64,000 nucleotides of DNA. It comes from Octopus bimaculoides. Lineage: Eukaryota. Each line of letters starts with the position of its first letter. Position 1 is the stretch's first letter. Location: assembly GCF_001194135.2 (NCBI RefSeq), contig NC_068987.1:100068959-100132958 (forward strand), in the 5' to 3' direction. The translations under genes were made by a program, and so were the position numbers. The notes beneath the pieces were generated by a model. That model was not told the origin of the DNA. It was given only the letters and a program-made list of their open reading frames with translations, and searched no databases. Positions 12,807-27,349 of this stretch are shown here, piece by piece.

Positions 12807-13705
12807 TGGATGCGACCACAGCATTAGATCGGAAAAAAACAACATAGCATGGTATGTAAAAAATGCCACAGAACCACTATTATTGGAAATAAGAAGGTCA
12901 GGCGGGTGTAGGATGGTCGATGGAAGATTGCTGAGATAAAGCACCGTACAAGGACTTCAGAATGAATGAAACTGAAAATAGGCGGATAACGAAAAGAATG
13001 CATGGACAATTACATAGGGATGTTGAAGATAAGACAGACAGAGAAAAAAGATAGCTACGGATGACTACAACTGATTTAAAACAGGAAAGGGAAGCTCTAA
13101 TATGTGCTGCCCAAGAGCTAGCACTAAGAACAGATTAAATCAAATGCAGAATAGACAACATATGAGAAAGTAATAAGTGCAGAATCTATAGACAAAATGG
13201 TAAAACCGTATGGCATATTGCCAGTCAATGTACACTACTGGGAGCTCATGACAATATAGGAAGGGTTTTCCATTGGACATTCAAAACAATTACGCACTTG
13301 GCGGAGCAAAAACATAAGTACGAACATAAAACCGACAATGATAATGCAAAGATCCTATGCGATTTTATGATTCAGTGCATCCATGAGATACGGAATAAAA
13401 ACTAATTTATAGTGTTAATTGAGAAATAAAGCGAACGATGCTGGATCATAGACATAGCATGCCCAGCTGACAATAGGTTATGCTATAACGAAGAAAGGAA
13501 AGTCGATAGATATGACAGGCTAGCGTGGGAGGTTAAGAAGTCGTGTTCGATGAAAATGGTGGTAATAATTGTCGGAGCCCTGGAAACAGTAAGTAAAAAT
13601 GTTGAGAAGTACATGGAATAAATAAGGGCTGCAATAAGGGTAGAGCATTTGCAAAAAAACAGCACTGCTTGGAGCTGCTCAAATACTCCGGAAGGAGTAT
13701 CACCC
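12807..13705 (+). mobile_element. 5'-truncated, decayed R4/Dong-like RLE non-LTR retrotransposon (copy A)
   Basis: Disrupted frames read EKNNIAWYVKNATEPLL; KRMHGQLHRD; EALICAAQELALRT; KCRIYRQNGKTVWHIASQC (CCHC knuckle relic); CWIIDIACPADNRL...RYDRLAWEVKK; IVGALETVSKNVEKYM. This is the post-RT, zinc knuckle and RLE order of this clade. Confidence 0.85.
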
Positions 13706-16125
13706 CAATATGGGAGCACAAGCCCAACAGTTCAACATACCATAATGCTGTTATGAAAGGAATACTATATTAGCCCCATACATTCACGGGAACAAAGTGA
13801 TAATATTAATATCACGGAATAAACAAATAGGCTCTGCACCGACCACAATAAATTCACTTAAAAATAAGTTTTATTTTTTTTTCCGAAGAACTCACTTACG
13901 AAGTGGATGGTGGAAAGATATGTTTGGAAAGTGAATACATATGAAAAAGAAAGCATATAAAGATCTTTACTATCTTAAATGACATCACCGAAGCACCATA
14001 TGAAAAATATGCATATCAAAACCACCGACGCCTCAGTTTTCAAAAAGAACTCGCAAAACAAGATCGCCTAAAAAAGGGATTCTCCTTAAACCTCAAAGCT
14101 TCTATTCTAAACAGTATCAAAGTATTCTGAGTAAAAGGAAGAGGTAGTTTAATTCCAACTTAAATGTGTCTTAAATCAGTTCTGAAACCAATATACGGCC
14201 ATAAATAAACGAAACCTATCTTATTTTTATTACATTGGCATGGTTTAAAAAAATTTTAAATAAAGGTTTTGTTCTTGAACAATTGGTGAATCTCAGTTCA
14301 TGCATTAGAATTTAAAATTCCAACACGTTGATTGAAATATACATTAAGAACGTAATGTACGGGGGGAAATATATGTCATAATACAACAAAAGATTTATAA
14401 ACGTAGTATAATGCTGCATAGAAACGAATCCATCTTAAATTCTAATAATATGATAGAAAAACATTCATCAGAAAACAATAGACCGTTAACTGCAATAATT
14501 ATACAGAGACACATGATGATACAAATAAGTATCCCCTTGAAATTAACATAATGAATGTACAAAGATCCATATGTTGTAAAGCCTGTTAATGACCAACGGA
14601 TATATAACAGTAATAGAAAAAAATGACTGAGTATGGCATGCATTGACTAACAGAAGTGCTTTGGGAGTATTCTTCCCTTACTAGTTTAGGAAACATTAAC
14701 CATGATTAAGGTAGCTGTATTAATAAACACGCGCATGGAACACATCCCGTACAAATGGAAAATGATTTTGCAGTTAGAGATGAAGTAAACAATTACGAAA
14801 TGCTAAAACATTCTCTATTAGCCCGGGAATAATTTACGGAGTACGGGTTTTTTCCCTCTCTCTCTGACTCTGTCTTTCTCTCTAGATCTGTTAGCTGCTT
14901 CTTTTCTAATACTATCACATTAAACGAAAATGTTATTCCAAACAGGAATCGCATGCAAATGATATGAGGAGAAAACCAAAGGCTCTTCACTAATGACTGC
15001 AAATTGTGCATCATATATGCTAAACAAGAGGAAAATCAACAACGTGCACGAGAGGTACGCTCGAGGAAGTTATACGAGAGTAATTTCAGAACATTCTGTC
15101 AAGGCAAAATTTAAGTAAAATAAATGATATCCAATCATCTTGAGCATTAAAACAATTGAGCTTAGAGGTAATATACAGAGCTCAGATTAAAGAAAATTCT
15201 TCGTTTTTAATGAGGTATGCAAACAGTGTACAAAACAGTTATTAAAGGAAAAGTTTACAAACAAATCTATAGACATATTAAATGAATAATCAACACAAGT
15301 TGTGATGGCGGCCTGAGATCAAAGTTATAAATTTTAATGAAGGAGATCTTAGATGATATATTAGATATACATAGGTTGTAAAGAATCATAATATTGATTA
15401 TGGATACCCGAGTTCATATATACACAGCTCAATCACAATAAGGTTATGTCTTACATATATTGAACATCATATCTAGATACATAATCCAGTATTTATACCA
15501 CTAATTGCTTCACCGAATGGCAACTAATTGTAAATATATACAATGAGAATGACTAATATAATCAATTTATTACGTTTCGTTCTAGATTCCCAGGTGGAAA
15601 AAAAATAGATCAATTAGGATAAATACTGGGTGGGCCAATTCCAAAATAAAATATTATATATGAAAGAAATCTTGAATTCGTCCAAGTATAACACCCTGGA
15701 AAATGAGATAAGCAAAATGTTGGTACTGCAAAGAGGAACTGAATTATGACCTTACTTCCTTTGTTATCATTAAAATAAATAAAAAGCAATATGTAACGAA
15801 ACTTCCAGAACATACATAAATGTACGGTGAGAATTACAATACTATGCTGTGTGTGCGTTTTAGGTAGAATACCTTCTAGTAACAGGTAGAATGTTTTGTT
15901 TTGTTTTTTAAATACCAGAAACATGAACCAGTTTCAGATTATATATGATTTACTAAAATTGAATTATAAATAACCTATATTAGTTTAAGAATAGATATGT
16001 GTAATGGCTATATCGGATAAAATAATCCCTATACGTAGTTTTTTTATGCCAAAAACGTTTACTGCTTGGATTTCGGTCCTTACCCGTATTTTTCTTCAAG
16101 GATTTGATTTCTAAAGATTCAAATA

Positions 16126-16330
16126 TATTGGCTTCAATTTCGGCACAGGACGAGCAATTTCGCAGTAGGGTGCAAGTCGATTACATGGACCCCCGTGTTC
16201 AGCTAGATGTACTTTATCGATCTCGAAGAATAAATTACCTCAGCAGTACTTCATATAATAAAGTAATGCACTGGAAATTTTTTTCTTTATGGGCTAAGTA
16301 TTCTACAAGCTCTCCAAGAATAACAACAGA
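16126..16330 (-). mobile_element. Decayed SINE (GGGGTCGAT/AAGTACC family)
   Basis: TATTGGCTTCAATTTCGGCACA...AAGTCGATTACATGGACCCC...ACTTTATCGATC, the reverse complement of the 3' half of the family. Confidence 0.6.
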
Positions 16331-17159
16331 GCAATAAAACTTCAGCAATTGAGAGATATTCGCTATTTTTTTTCCGGGTTTCACAGGCGTAGGTGGTTGT
16401 TGATATAACAATGGATGCAATTAGCTGTATGTATATCTTATTGATGTTTCTCGACCTATATTATTAGAGGAAAACGTTGAAATACTGGCGTTCTTTTACT
16501 TATCTTCTTCTTGACTTCATTTGGATTGTAGTTGAGCATTTTCTTCTTTTTAATTTTCAGTTTCTTAATAACATATTTTGAAAGTTTACTGGTGTTGATT
16601 TTAAATATTATTTATATTTTTTGCTGTTACATTTTTCGTACTTTATAATGACAAAACAAATTGTCAACATGCTGCAAACTCTTGCTTTATATGTAGAATT
16701 AAGCCATTTTGTTGAATGACTCGCTCGGGTTTCTTTTTTTGTTTCCGAATGACCGTCAGCATGTTTATGCTGTTCAAATACAGCACTTACATGAAATTTT
16801 GTTATAACATTCCGTGAATTTTAAGCAAACGACAGACTTAAATAAATTACTGGAATGACTTGTAAAATGTATTCTACATCGAAGGTATTTTCACGCGGGA
16901 AATTACGTTTCTGACAACATCTCTATCTTAATTTTCATTTATCTATAACATATATTTTCGGAAATAATTTGGTTGTTATGTCCACCTAGTATCTGAAGGG
17001 CCATATAATGATTAGCAGTGTCTAGGAAATTTACACACGTAGATATATAACATAGATTAACAGATAGAAATATACACATATATACCCACCCCATTCAAGC
17101 GCACCGACGCTACACGCAACCGTACACAAAGTGATAATGTATATATACATTTGTGTAGA

Positions 17160-17160
17160 T

Positions 17161-17192
<32 letters not shown>

Positions 17193-17393
17193 GTGTGTTT
17201 GTGTGTGTGTGTGTGTGTGTGTTTGAGTGTGTGTGTGTGTACGTGTGTTTGTGTATATATGATAGTGTCACATTTGGCAAAAGCATATTTGATGCGCTTG
17301 TTTGTGTGTATCTATGTGTGTGGCTGGGTTGTTATCAGTTTACGTATATACGTATGTATATTTATATATACACATACACACACACACACACAT

Positions 17394-17444
<51 letters not shown>

Positions 17445-17446
17445 AT

Positions 17447-17479
<33 letters not shown>

Positions 17480-17480
17480 C

Positions 17481-17511
<31 letters not shown>

Positions 17512-17514
17512 CGT

Positions 17515-17557
<43 letters not shown>

Positions 17558-17563
17558 TCGGAT
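17160..17563. repeat. Compound (TA)/(TG)/(CA) microsatellite cluster
   Basis: Direct reading. Confidence 0.9.
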
Positions 17564-18054
17564 TGCATAGTTATTTTCTTTAAAACCATTTTTATTTTGC
17601 TATCTTTCTTTTGCGTTCGTTTGTTCAAAGCAACGAAATGTTGTTTCTTTACGCTCAGGGCATTATAAATTCGTGTTTAAATAGTTTATACAGCCGTTTT
17701 AAACACGTGTACGCATACCAACTCACAGGGAAAGCTATTGAAAACCTATTTAGGCTGTAATTTTAGACAGCATAACACCAGGAAAAGTAATTTTCTTTGC
17801 ACATATAATATGCGGTCAATGGTTTTAAAGGCCGACGTATTCTTTGTTCCATAAAAAGATTTATTTTAATAAAAGATATGAAAAATCACTTTGTAAATAG
17901 GCTGAAACAGAAATCCGTTTTGTATTTCTTGGTAAAGTACGAATTAATGCGATTTCATAGTATTTAAGATTATGTCATACGTAATTATTAAATAACAATA
18001 TCTGAATAATTCCATTTGCTACAATGCCATAATTAATATTATTCATAATATTAA

Positions 18055-18220
18055 AGGCACAAGACCGGAAATTTAATGGTAAATGGTTACTCAGTACTTG
18101 GTTAATACATTGTTATTCAATCTGATAAGATGAAAGGCAAAGATGCCTGCTGCGAGGTGTGAATTCTGAAGGTAAATAACCGAAACAAATTACGTCAGAA
18201 AGTCTCTGAGTCGCTCGGAC
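18055..18220 (-). mobile_element. Highly decayed SINE fragment
   Basis: GATGAAAGGCAAAG...GAATTCTGAAGGTAAA resembles the reverse of CTTTGCCTTTCATC in the 39635-39766 copy. Confidence 0.45.
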
Positions 18221-18685
18221 CATTGTGCCAAAACATCGATTATAAACTGTTTCAATAATGATTTTGAATTGCACTATCACTAGAGCAGTGGATTATAAAA
18301 AAAAAGCCGTTGTTTTACGCTTTTATATAGCACTTCCATTAAATCTACTTGCATCTTCAATAAAATAATTTGCCACCCAAGTATGAAAGTAAGGAATGAA
18401 ATATCAATTAGAGGGTACTTAGTCGTATTATTTTTTTACGATATGAGATCAAATCACGCCAAACTTCAACGTCCAACGCTTTTTTCCTGCTTAATGAAAT
18501 AATAATCCTACAACAAGAAGATAAACATGTAGTTATAGTCATCCTTTGATATACTAACAACCACCTACGCCTATGGAACCTTAAAACAACAGAGATCTCC
18601 CAGTTGTTGCATGCATTCCATTGACGCTGCTTACGTTCAATTCTGGCACCTCTTACCGGAAAAGAAATAGAAAACAAAAAGAGAT

Positions 18686-18935
18686 TTGAAGAACGTCGCG
18701 ACTAAGCGGCTGTTTCGTTTCATTGACCAAGTTGTTCAGTTACTGCAGGAAATACATGGTGCTGTCGGGAGAGAGTGGACGCCCAAAGGAGCAAAGAAAT
18801 CGAGTGGACGGCAAAGGGTGAGATGGTGCAGGGCGTTTCGGGATGACTTGAGAGCGATCGGTCTCAGCTCAAGTTAGGCTAAGGGGAAAGCAATAAATCG
18901 AGATGTTTGGAGAAGGCTTGATTCTTATTGTACTG
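18686..18935 (+). mobile_element. RTE-clade LINE 3' end relic
   Basis: Translation EWTPKGAKKSSGRQRVRWCRAFRDDLRAIGLSSS*AKGKAINRDVWRRL matches the RTE C-terminal pattern (W.P.G.R..GR...RW.D....DL...G.......A.DR..WR). Confidence 0.7.
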
Positions 18936-20442
18936 AGTGTACTGACGGATCTAAGTCCTATGGGTTAAGAGAAAAGAGTATATAATACTATGCATTGTGT
19001 AGTTATATCAATTTGTATTTTGGTCCGAAGATTTGCTGAGGTCGTATATGCATGGTAAATCGTTGTATCGATGAAATCGGAGAAATACTCCATTACTTGC
19101 CTACACACTGGTGTAGCCTCGTGCATGTGAACTTAATGAATAGTCAGTATTAACGAAAATGTGGAGTTAGTATTATAGATTTGTAGGCTGTCGAAAAATA
19201 TACTTTTTTTCTGCGCCAATTCTGAATCCCTTTGAGATGTTTACTATCATCCACAAGGATATGATAAAATCGGTAATAGGCAAGTACAAGGTGTTATAAA
19301 GTTGTCTTTCCATCCAAAATTGAAAACATGTGTCTATGTTTGAATTAGCGTTTCTTTTCGTGAAATAGAAAAAAAAACATAATGACTTCCGTCCCTCGTT
19401 ACTTTTGTTAGGCTAAAATAAAATATGTTGACCTCGCTTCTTTATCGAGTAATCAAATACATTAGAATAGATAGATAGATAGATATATAGATAGAGAGAG
19501 AGATAGATAGATGGATAGATACATGTACGTACATACGTGTGTGCATGTTTGTGTGTGTATATGCATCGGCGTATGCATGTTTTTATATAATACGACATTA
19601 ATTAAATTCATGCGTAATTCATTGTATAATACTCTAAAATTTTGCGGGAACACTTAATGTCCCTATCATTATAGCTCACAAAATTTTCGAAAACCCTTCC
19701 ATCGAATTGAACAAACTCTAATAGAGTGAATCTCTCTAGGAACCACTTAATTCTAGTGAAATGCAGGTAAAAACCAATTCAGCATTTGTGACGTGGTTTA
19801 TGAGCCATCCTAATTCTACACATTTTCTTGTGACTTTTGTTTCCCGGTAATTTCATTACAAGGACCTCGTTCATAAATTTCCTACCCGAAATTATCGTCA
19901 ATACTAAAGGTATATCATAAGAAATACGATGGAGAAAAAAAATAATAAAAAATAAATGAAATGAAATAAACTGTATGCCCTTTAAGGAGATCTAAACGTA
20001 AAATTCAGTCAGTAGAGAGAAAAGGTTTAATTTTAGAAAAAAATTTGGACCAGTTGTGAATAGGAAAATATTTTTTTAAATTTCTTATAAAATTTTAAAA
20101 TAGATATAGAGGCACAGTGTACATTTTTATATGTGAATGTGTCAGGAACATGATCAGTGTGGAGATAACATTTCATATTGTAAGAGGTCATGAATTAGAT
20201 AATGAAATAAATATTTCACGTGATGTCCGAGAACTATAGACACCAACATACAAGTATGAATAGCGGTCAATGTCTGGTGAGGGATTCTGACCAAATATTG
20301 AGTGATTAAATAGTAATTATTAAAAATCGATATTTGAGAGATTCATCTGAAGCTCCGTGATATGTGCGTGTCTGTACGTGTATGTGTGTGTCTGCGTGTG
20401 AGTGCAAGTGTGTTTATATATACATTTATTCTCTCACTAGGG

Positions 20443-20616
20443 TCAGTCATTTGACTGCAGCTATTCTAGAGCACCGCTTTAGTCGGACGAATCGATTTCA
20501 GGACTTATTCTTTGTAAGCCTAGTACTTATTGAGCCTATCTGATTTGCCGAACTGCTAAGTTACAGAGACGTAAGCACACTAACATGGGTTGTCAAGCGA
20601 TGGTGTGGGGTAAACG

Positions 20617-20667
<51 letters not shown>

Positions 20668-20853
20668 ACACATACACATTCACACACACACATATATATA
20701 TTTATATATGTATATATACGACGCTCTTTCAGTTTCCATCTGCCAAATCCACTCAAACTTTTGGTCAGCCCGAGGCTATAGTAAAAGGAGCTTGCGCAAG
20801 TTGTCACACAGTGGAACTGAACCTGAAATTATGTTATTGGGAAGCAAGTTTCT
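20443..20853 (-). mobile_element. tRNA-derived SINE family 1
   Basis: Colinear with 44333-44749 (CAGTCATTTGACTGC...GAGCACCGCC...GCCTAGTACTTATT...CCAAATCCACTCA...CCCGAGGCTATA). Confidence 0.85.
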
Positions 20854-22289
20854 TTATTTCATAAATTTTGCCGTAAAGGCATTACATAGAGGGGGATTTA
20901 TCGTCTTAAAACCAGAAACTATGCTCGAATAGTGCTCACGTGCTATTTACTATCAACATTAAAGATCTAAACGTGAGGACTCATGTAATGTAAAATGAGT
21001 ATGCAAGAAATGTAACGTTTCTTATATTGGAAGCACCATCTTCTCACAAACACTACATATTCGCATAAAGTTACAACTGCCGACAAATACATCATTGAAC
21101 AAAAGATAGACACGCCACAATCATGAATTTGCAGTTACCATAATTTCCAAATAGTGTAATATGAGGGAACTGAAATTCAAGAACGCTTTTCTGAGAAATA
21201 AACTGAAGCGAATTTCAGCAAACGAGATCATCACAATGTAGATGAATTAAGACAACAATACAAATCTCCACATGTCACTGCTAACTCGAACATATCTGAG
21301 CCAAAGTTATTGTTCCACTCCATTTCCCGTTTACCTTCGAGAAGTGTTTGATCAAGCTCGAAATACTGAAATAAAACATAAAGTGCAGTTCGGTATTTCT
21401 TCTGTCTTCGATATTTGCTGTGGATTGACGTTTAAACAATTTTAAATTGAACATACAAGATTTTAATGCTAGAAATTTGTTTAAACAAACGATTACAAAA
21501 AACATGTTGAGCACTAAAAGGTTAACTTTTGAAAGAATTGTGAGCGTATTAGAAATTTACATGTTGATAATAATTTAATGAATTAGGAAAATTTTGGTTG
21601 ACAACTGGACGCTAAATTACAATTTTAAGTATGATTAAGTGTTTAATAATACGTGACACTATAGAATGTTTGAATTTGCTAAGGGGTGTGTTTATGATCA
21701 AATCGCTACGCATAGATAGGCAGCATATAGGTTAAGCGGAAAATAGCCTGGAGTTGTCAATAGCTATTTTGTCTCAACAGTTTTTTGTCGAACGAATAAC
21801 ACCTCTTCCGCTATATTTAGGTAGACTCTGGGCTTTTTTGTCTCCTTTATTTTTCTATGTATGTAGTACGGGTAGAATGTTGAAAGCAGGCTTCCCGGGA
21901 TTATAAACGTGAGTTTTGTCGGGATGATTAAATTATTTATTTAGAAATTTGACTTTATCTCCTAAGTCGTTAAAAATGTTTCAGCTGTGATTTTTCACTT
22001 TAAGACTAGATTCAATCAATAGTCATGACTAATTTAGAATATGCATGTCTACATAGATCCTTCCAGTTGCATAGCTGAAAGTGAGTGTATTTACAAATTA
22101 AGAGTTCACAGTTATTACAAATTAAACATAAAATTTTGTTTCAGCAATATGTTCGTGGTATATGGCAGGTATAACATTATAGTTGCAATGAATCTATGTT
22201 CATTAATCATATTTACATCATTTATTTTTATTTTTTTATTTTTTCCTCATGGGCGTTGTTTTAATGTGGATTGCGTTCTTTTGTCTTTC

Positions 22290-22700
22290 CTTTTGTCTTT
22301 TACTTGTTTCATTCATTTGACTGCAGCCATTCAGGAGCACCGCCTTGATGTGTTTTAGCCGAACAAACCAACCATACAACTTTTTTAAAGCCTAGTGCAC
22401 ATTCTATCGGTCTCTTTCCCGAACTACTGAGAAACGTGGACGTAAACACACTAACACTGGTTGCTGAGCACCGGTGGTGGACAAATACAGATATAAAGAC
22501 ACACGCACACATATAAATATATATATATATATATATATATGATGAACGTCTTTCACTTTTCAGCTACGAAATCTACTCACAAGAATTTGGTTGGCCAGAG
22601 GCTATAATAGAATACACATGCCGAAGGAGCTACGCAATGGCACAAAACCAGTAACTATGAGGTTAGGAATCAAGCTTACAACATAGCCACAGCTGCTGCC
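22290..22700 (-). mobile_element. tRNA-derived SINE family 1
   Basis: Same landmarks as 44333-44749, more diverged. Confidence 0.8.
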
Positions 22701-25700
22701 TTTCATTAATTTGGGTAATTGTAGATTTAGTAACTTATTGGAATTATTTAAAGTTTGAATATAATCGGGTTATAGTTGGGCAAGTTTGTAATTATGATAC
22801 AAGTGCAAATTAGAGAGGTTTTTATATATACTCAACTAGCATTAGAGTACATGTTGCTAACACTGAATGGCTGCCAGGCAAGACGTAATCCTGCTTATAG
22901 ATGTAGACGTTACACTGAAAAAAGTTATGCAATTAAGCAGTGAATTCCTGGATTTGTTAGGTGTATCTCTTGAGTGTTTATATTAGTAAGTATACCGTAT
23001 TCATTGAGTAATATATATATANNNNNNNNNNNNNNNNNNNNNNNNNNNNNNNNNNNNNNNNNNNNNNNNNNNNNNNNNNNNNNNNNNNNNNNNNNNNNNN
23101 NNNNNNNNNNNNNNNNNNNNNNNNNNNNNNNNNNNNNNNNNNNNNNNNNNNNNNNNNNNNNNNNNNNNNNNNNNNNNNNNNNNNNNNNNNNNNNNNNNNN
23201 NNNNNNNNNNNNNNNNNNNNNNNNNNNNNNNNNNNNNNNNNNNNNNNNNNNNNNNNNNNNNNNNNNNNNNNNNNNNNNNNNNNNNNNNNNNNNNNNNNNN
23301 NNNNNNNNNNNNNNNNNNNNNNNNNNNNNNNNNNNNNNNNNNNNNNNNNNNNNNNNNNNNNNNNNNNNNNNNNNNNNNNNNNNNNNNNNNNNNNNNNNNN
23401 NNNNNNNNNNNNNNNNNNNNNNNNNNNNNNNNNNNNNNNNNNNNNNNNNNNNNNNNNNNNNNNNNNNNNNNNNNNNNNNNNNNNNNNNNNNNNNNNNNNN
23501 NNNNNNNNNNNNNNNNNNNNNNNNNNNNNNNNNNNNNNNNNNNNNNNNNNNNNNNNNNNNNNNNNNNNNNNNNNNNNNNNNNNNNNNNNTATATATATAT
23601 ATATATGCATACACATATATATAGGTATACATATATAGATATATATATGGGTGTGTGTATGTGAGTGTGTGTGTGGGTGTGTGTGTGCGCGCGTGTGTGT
23701 GTATGTAGATGCAGTACGGTAACATCTATTACTTACTGACTTGGCGACTGTCGTGGGCACGAACAAGTTTCGAGCAGTCTGGCATCTACCAGCATCATTA
23801 TGAATCACCGCGGGCCCAGAAACAGTTGTTGGACTTATAACACTTTGTTTACCCCCCTTCAATTATTTCTGTTGTCTGTACTCTGTGTAACTTGAATTTA
23901 TTAAATTAAATATCTATGTATTTATATTCAAATGGTCATTATCTATAAGTCTACACCCTTTCCATTCTCTCGTTTAGCATATACACATGTACACATATTT
24001 TGTATTTAATACGCACGCAGTTATTTCTGATGTATTTAATTTTTTTATCCGCATAATTGTGTCTATATTTGGTCAAACTGATCAGTCATTTATTACCCCG
24101 AAGAATTTATCCACTGTAAAGACATCGCAGTCTAAGTTTAAATCATGCACTATTACAATCTCATCAGTTGACTGTATATATGAAAAGATATCTTTCTCTG
24201 TATCTATCTATCTATCTATATGTCTGTCTGTCTGTTTGTTTGTCTGTCTGTTTGTTTGTCTGTCTGTGTGTCTATCCATACACACACAAAGGCATACTGA
24301 GACGCACACGAATACACACACAAGTATATATACTCAGAGCCAAGGAAGTCCTGAAATGTTCGTGGCTTTAAAGGTATCGCGAAGGCCTGGAGCGAGTTCC
24401 AAACGTGCAGGTTCTTTTACAGGGCTTAGAAAAACAGAGGGACTAATGAAATAATTATGTGAATCTGAGATGGTAATTATAATTAACTTATCGTCCTGTG
24501 TTTTCAGCCCCTCGTATGTTTGTACCCTCTGTCTTCGAAAGTTCTGTTTTGTATCGCAATATTCGTATAACAACTAAAATGATGTATACAATCCTTGAAA
24601 CTGTTTATATGTAAATATTCACTTGTAGTTATTAGTATGTGGCCATGCATGATCCGAGATATTGCTTTGTCACTTTCGCTATATATATATATTTAGTTCG
24701 ATTTTATTAACTCTTTTAGATATTTTCCGGTATCTATACTTCTGTTCTGGACTACGGAAAAAACATATCAATGTTATTTTCATGTCTTCTACTTCTCAAT
24801 AAGCACTATTCAGTTTCTTCTCTCTAAATGTTTCCTTGTGTTTTCTAGTTGAAGACGACCACTACCTACTTCATATCGAGAAAACTAGAAGTTTTTAGGA
24901 TCGATATTTCAGAAGTAATCTCAGCACTACTAATGTGTTTCTTGCGATTCTGTCGATTCTTGTTAATTCATTTATAGTACAATTATTCTTGAAACAACAA
25001 CAATAGTGATACTTATCTATTTGGGCATTTAGTTGTGTGTTAAGTATTCTTATCGAACGCCTGTAATCATCCTTATTAATGAAACTTTTAGTTCTGTATG
25101 TTTTATGCTCTACGTATGTTAATTCGTATATTTAAGTCGCTAAGTCTGCGTTTGATGTAATTATAGCACATACACATATCTGTTACATTGCTTAATATGA
25201 TATTAGTGCGTTTCATCAATTTCCTTCTCTGTAAGTTTATTTTGTGGCATTTCCTAAACAAAATTTCATGATACATAATTGCAGAAAGAATGTGATATAT
25301 GTATCAACACTTCCAGTTCTTTATCCCGTGTTACATACAGCAAGAATTTATCCATACACAGTCTTTTTGTCCGCTAATTTTCCTATCCAATGCCTGCCTT
25401 TTTTTAGCAGGTCGTCTAATGTTGTTAACGCAATGCAGAAAGATAGTAGGGTAACAGGAATACCTTAAAATCTCTTCAGAATATTCTTGTACAAGGAGTG
25501 AGCACACGTTGCGTCTTTCCTCAGTAATTGCGTTTTTCGTCAGTAATTTCGTCTTTCCTCGGTCTATTCACCTCTTTGCATGGCTTACTCATGGCGTCCG
25601 TTTTGTTTGTATGCATTAATGATATAATATAGCTAATGTTTCCAAGACAAACTGGTGCGGAAAGCTCTCGAAATGCAACTTGAATTGAAACAAGTCCATA

Positions 25701-27132
25701 AAAATTCCTTCAGTGACTATTTGAGACGTCGGTTACAAATATGTGTTTCCGCTATTTTGATGGTATATGATATGAAACCTTGTAGTATCACATATCTTTT
25801 TCGTTAAGTGGGCTGTATTGTTCCGGTGACACACATATTTACCACAATATTGTCTCAGGTACGTAGGACTTAAGAACGACAGGTACTGGGAGTGTGTTTT
25901 CGATTTTTAAAACTTTTTTTTGCTTTTCAGTATGTACGATTTTTCCTGACAATAAATATTTCATATGTACGTTCTGACACTTTTTGTATATTTCTTATGG
26001 ACTCTGTTAGTATATTGTACCCCCTTCGTGTTTTATGAAAACTTGGAGCATCGTCACTACATGTTGCATTCCGTTCATTCGGTAATTGCCTATCGCATAT
26101 AAACTAACGGTTTGAAGAAAGATTTATCAGACATAATTCTATTTTGTCTTTTGTATAGTATGTTTGCATGTTGTTAGATTCGGGTCGTGACACATTACAC
26201 ATTTTCTTTGCTAAATAATGAAACACGCGTTGTTTACTTTAGGATCATTATGCTAATATTAATGACCGTTTAAGCTGCGATTGAAAATGACAGATTGGAC
26301 CTTTTAAGTGGTTTCAAATTACTTTTACGTCTTATCTCTAACAGCTTTTTTTACTGTCGAAATAATCTTCTTATGAACACGAAAAAAATATTTGCCAGAT
26401 TTGTTCTTTTCTCTTCACATCTTACTCATATTCGGCTACTTTTGGAGTAATTATGGTTCCCCATTCTTTGGTCACTTTTCACTGATATAGTGCAGGTGTA
26501 TTAGGTGTAAGCATCTGCTTATCGAACAATGGAAACATATTCATGTATGTTATTACTTGCTCATTCTTTTCTTATGCAGTAATAAGAGGAAGAAGATAAG
26601 GGATCATGACATTTGCAAGTCCGTTATCGCAACTGGATTAGTGAGTTTGCACAAAGCTAACGGCTATTGACTCATTGATGTAGGTTTTTAGCTATGGAAA
26701 AATACCATAATTGTTCACCTTTATGTAGTATACAATTCTACGGGGCACACCTACACATATACAAACATTAACCCACCGACACACAGAAACACACAGATAT
26801 AGACACACGCATACACACATGGTTACACATGGATACACACCAAATCAAAGGAAAAGGAATGCATGAAACAAAATATATTTACGAATATAGATATTCAAAA
26901 TTAGTGATTATGCTGCGCAGATAGGAGAGTAGCAGACTTTGTTGTACTTAGTATCATGTTCTAATTCTTTATATAACCGGAAGTTTAACTTCACTGTTTA
27001 GGCCTTTAAGATTTGTTCATGATGTTTAACTAAAAGCGTTGCTAAAATAAGCAAAGTTTAGAGAGTTGTGTAAAACATAGTTGCATATGTACTTCCATCG
27101 ATAATTTTAAGTGTCCTAGAAATAGGGATGTA

Positions 27133-27155
27133 TTATAGTAGTAGTAGTAGTTGTT

Positions 27156-27206
<51 letters not shown>

Positions 27207-27293
27207 ATAGTAGTAGCAGTAGCGGTAGTAGTAGTAGTAGTAGTAATANNNNNNNNNNAGTAGCAGTAGCGGTAGTAGTAGTAGTAGTAGTAA

Positions 27294-27348
<55 letters not shown>
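27133..27348. repeat. (TAG)n microsatellite interrupted by a 10-N gap
   Basis: Direct reading. Confidence 0.9.
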
Positions 27349-27349
<1 letters not shown>

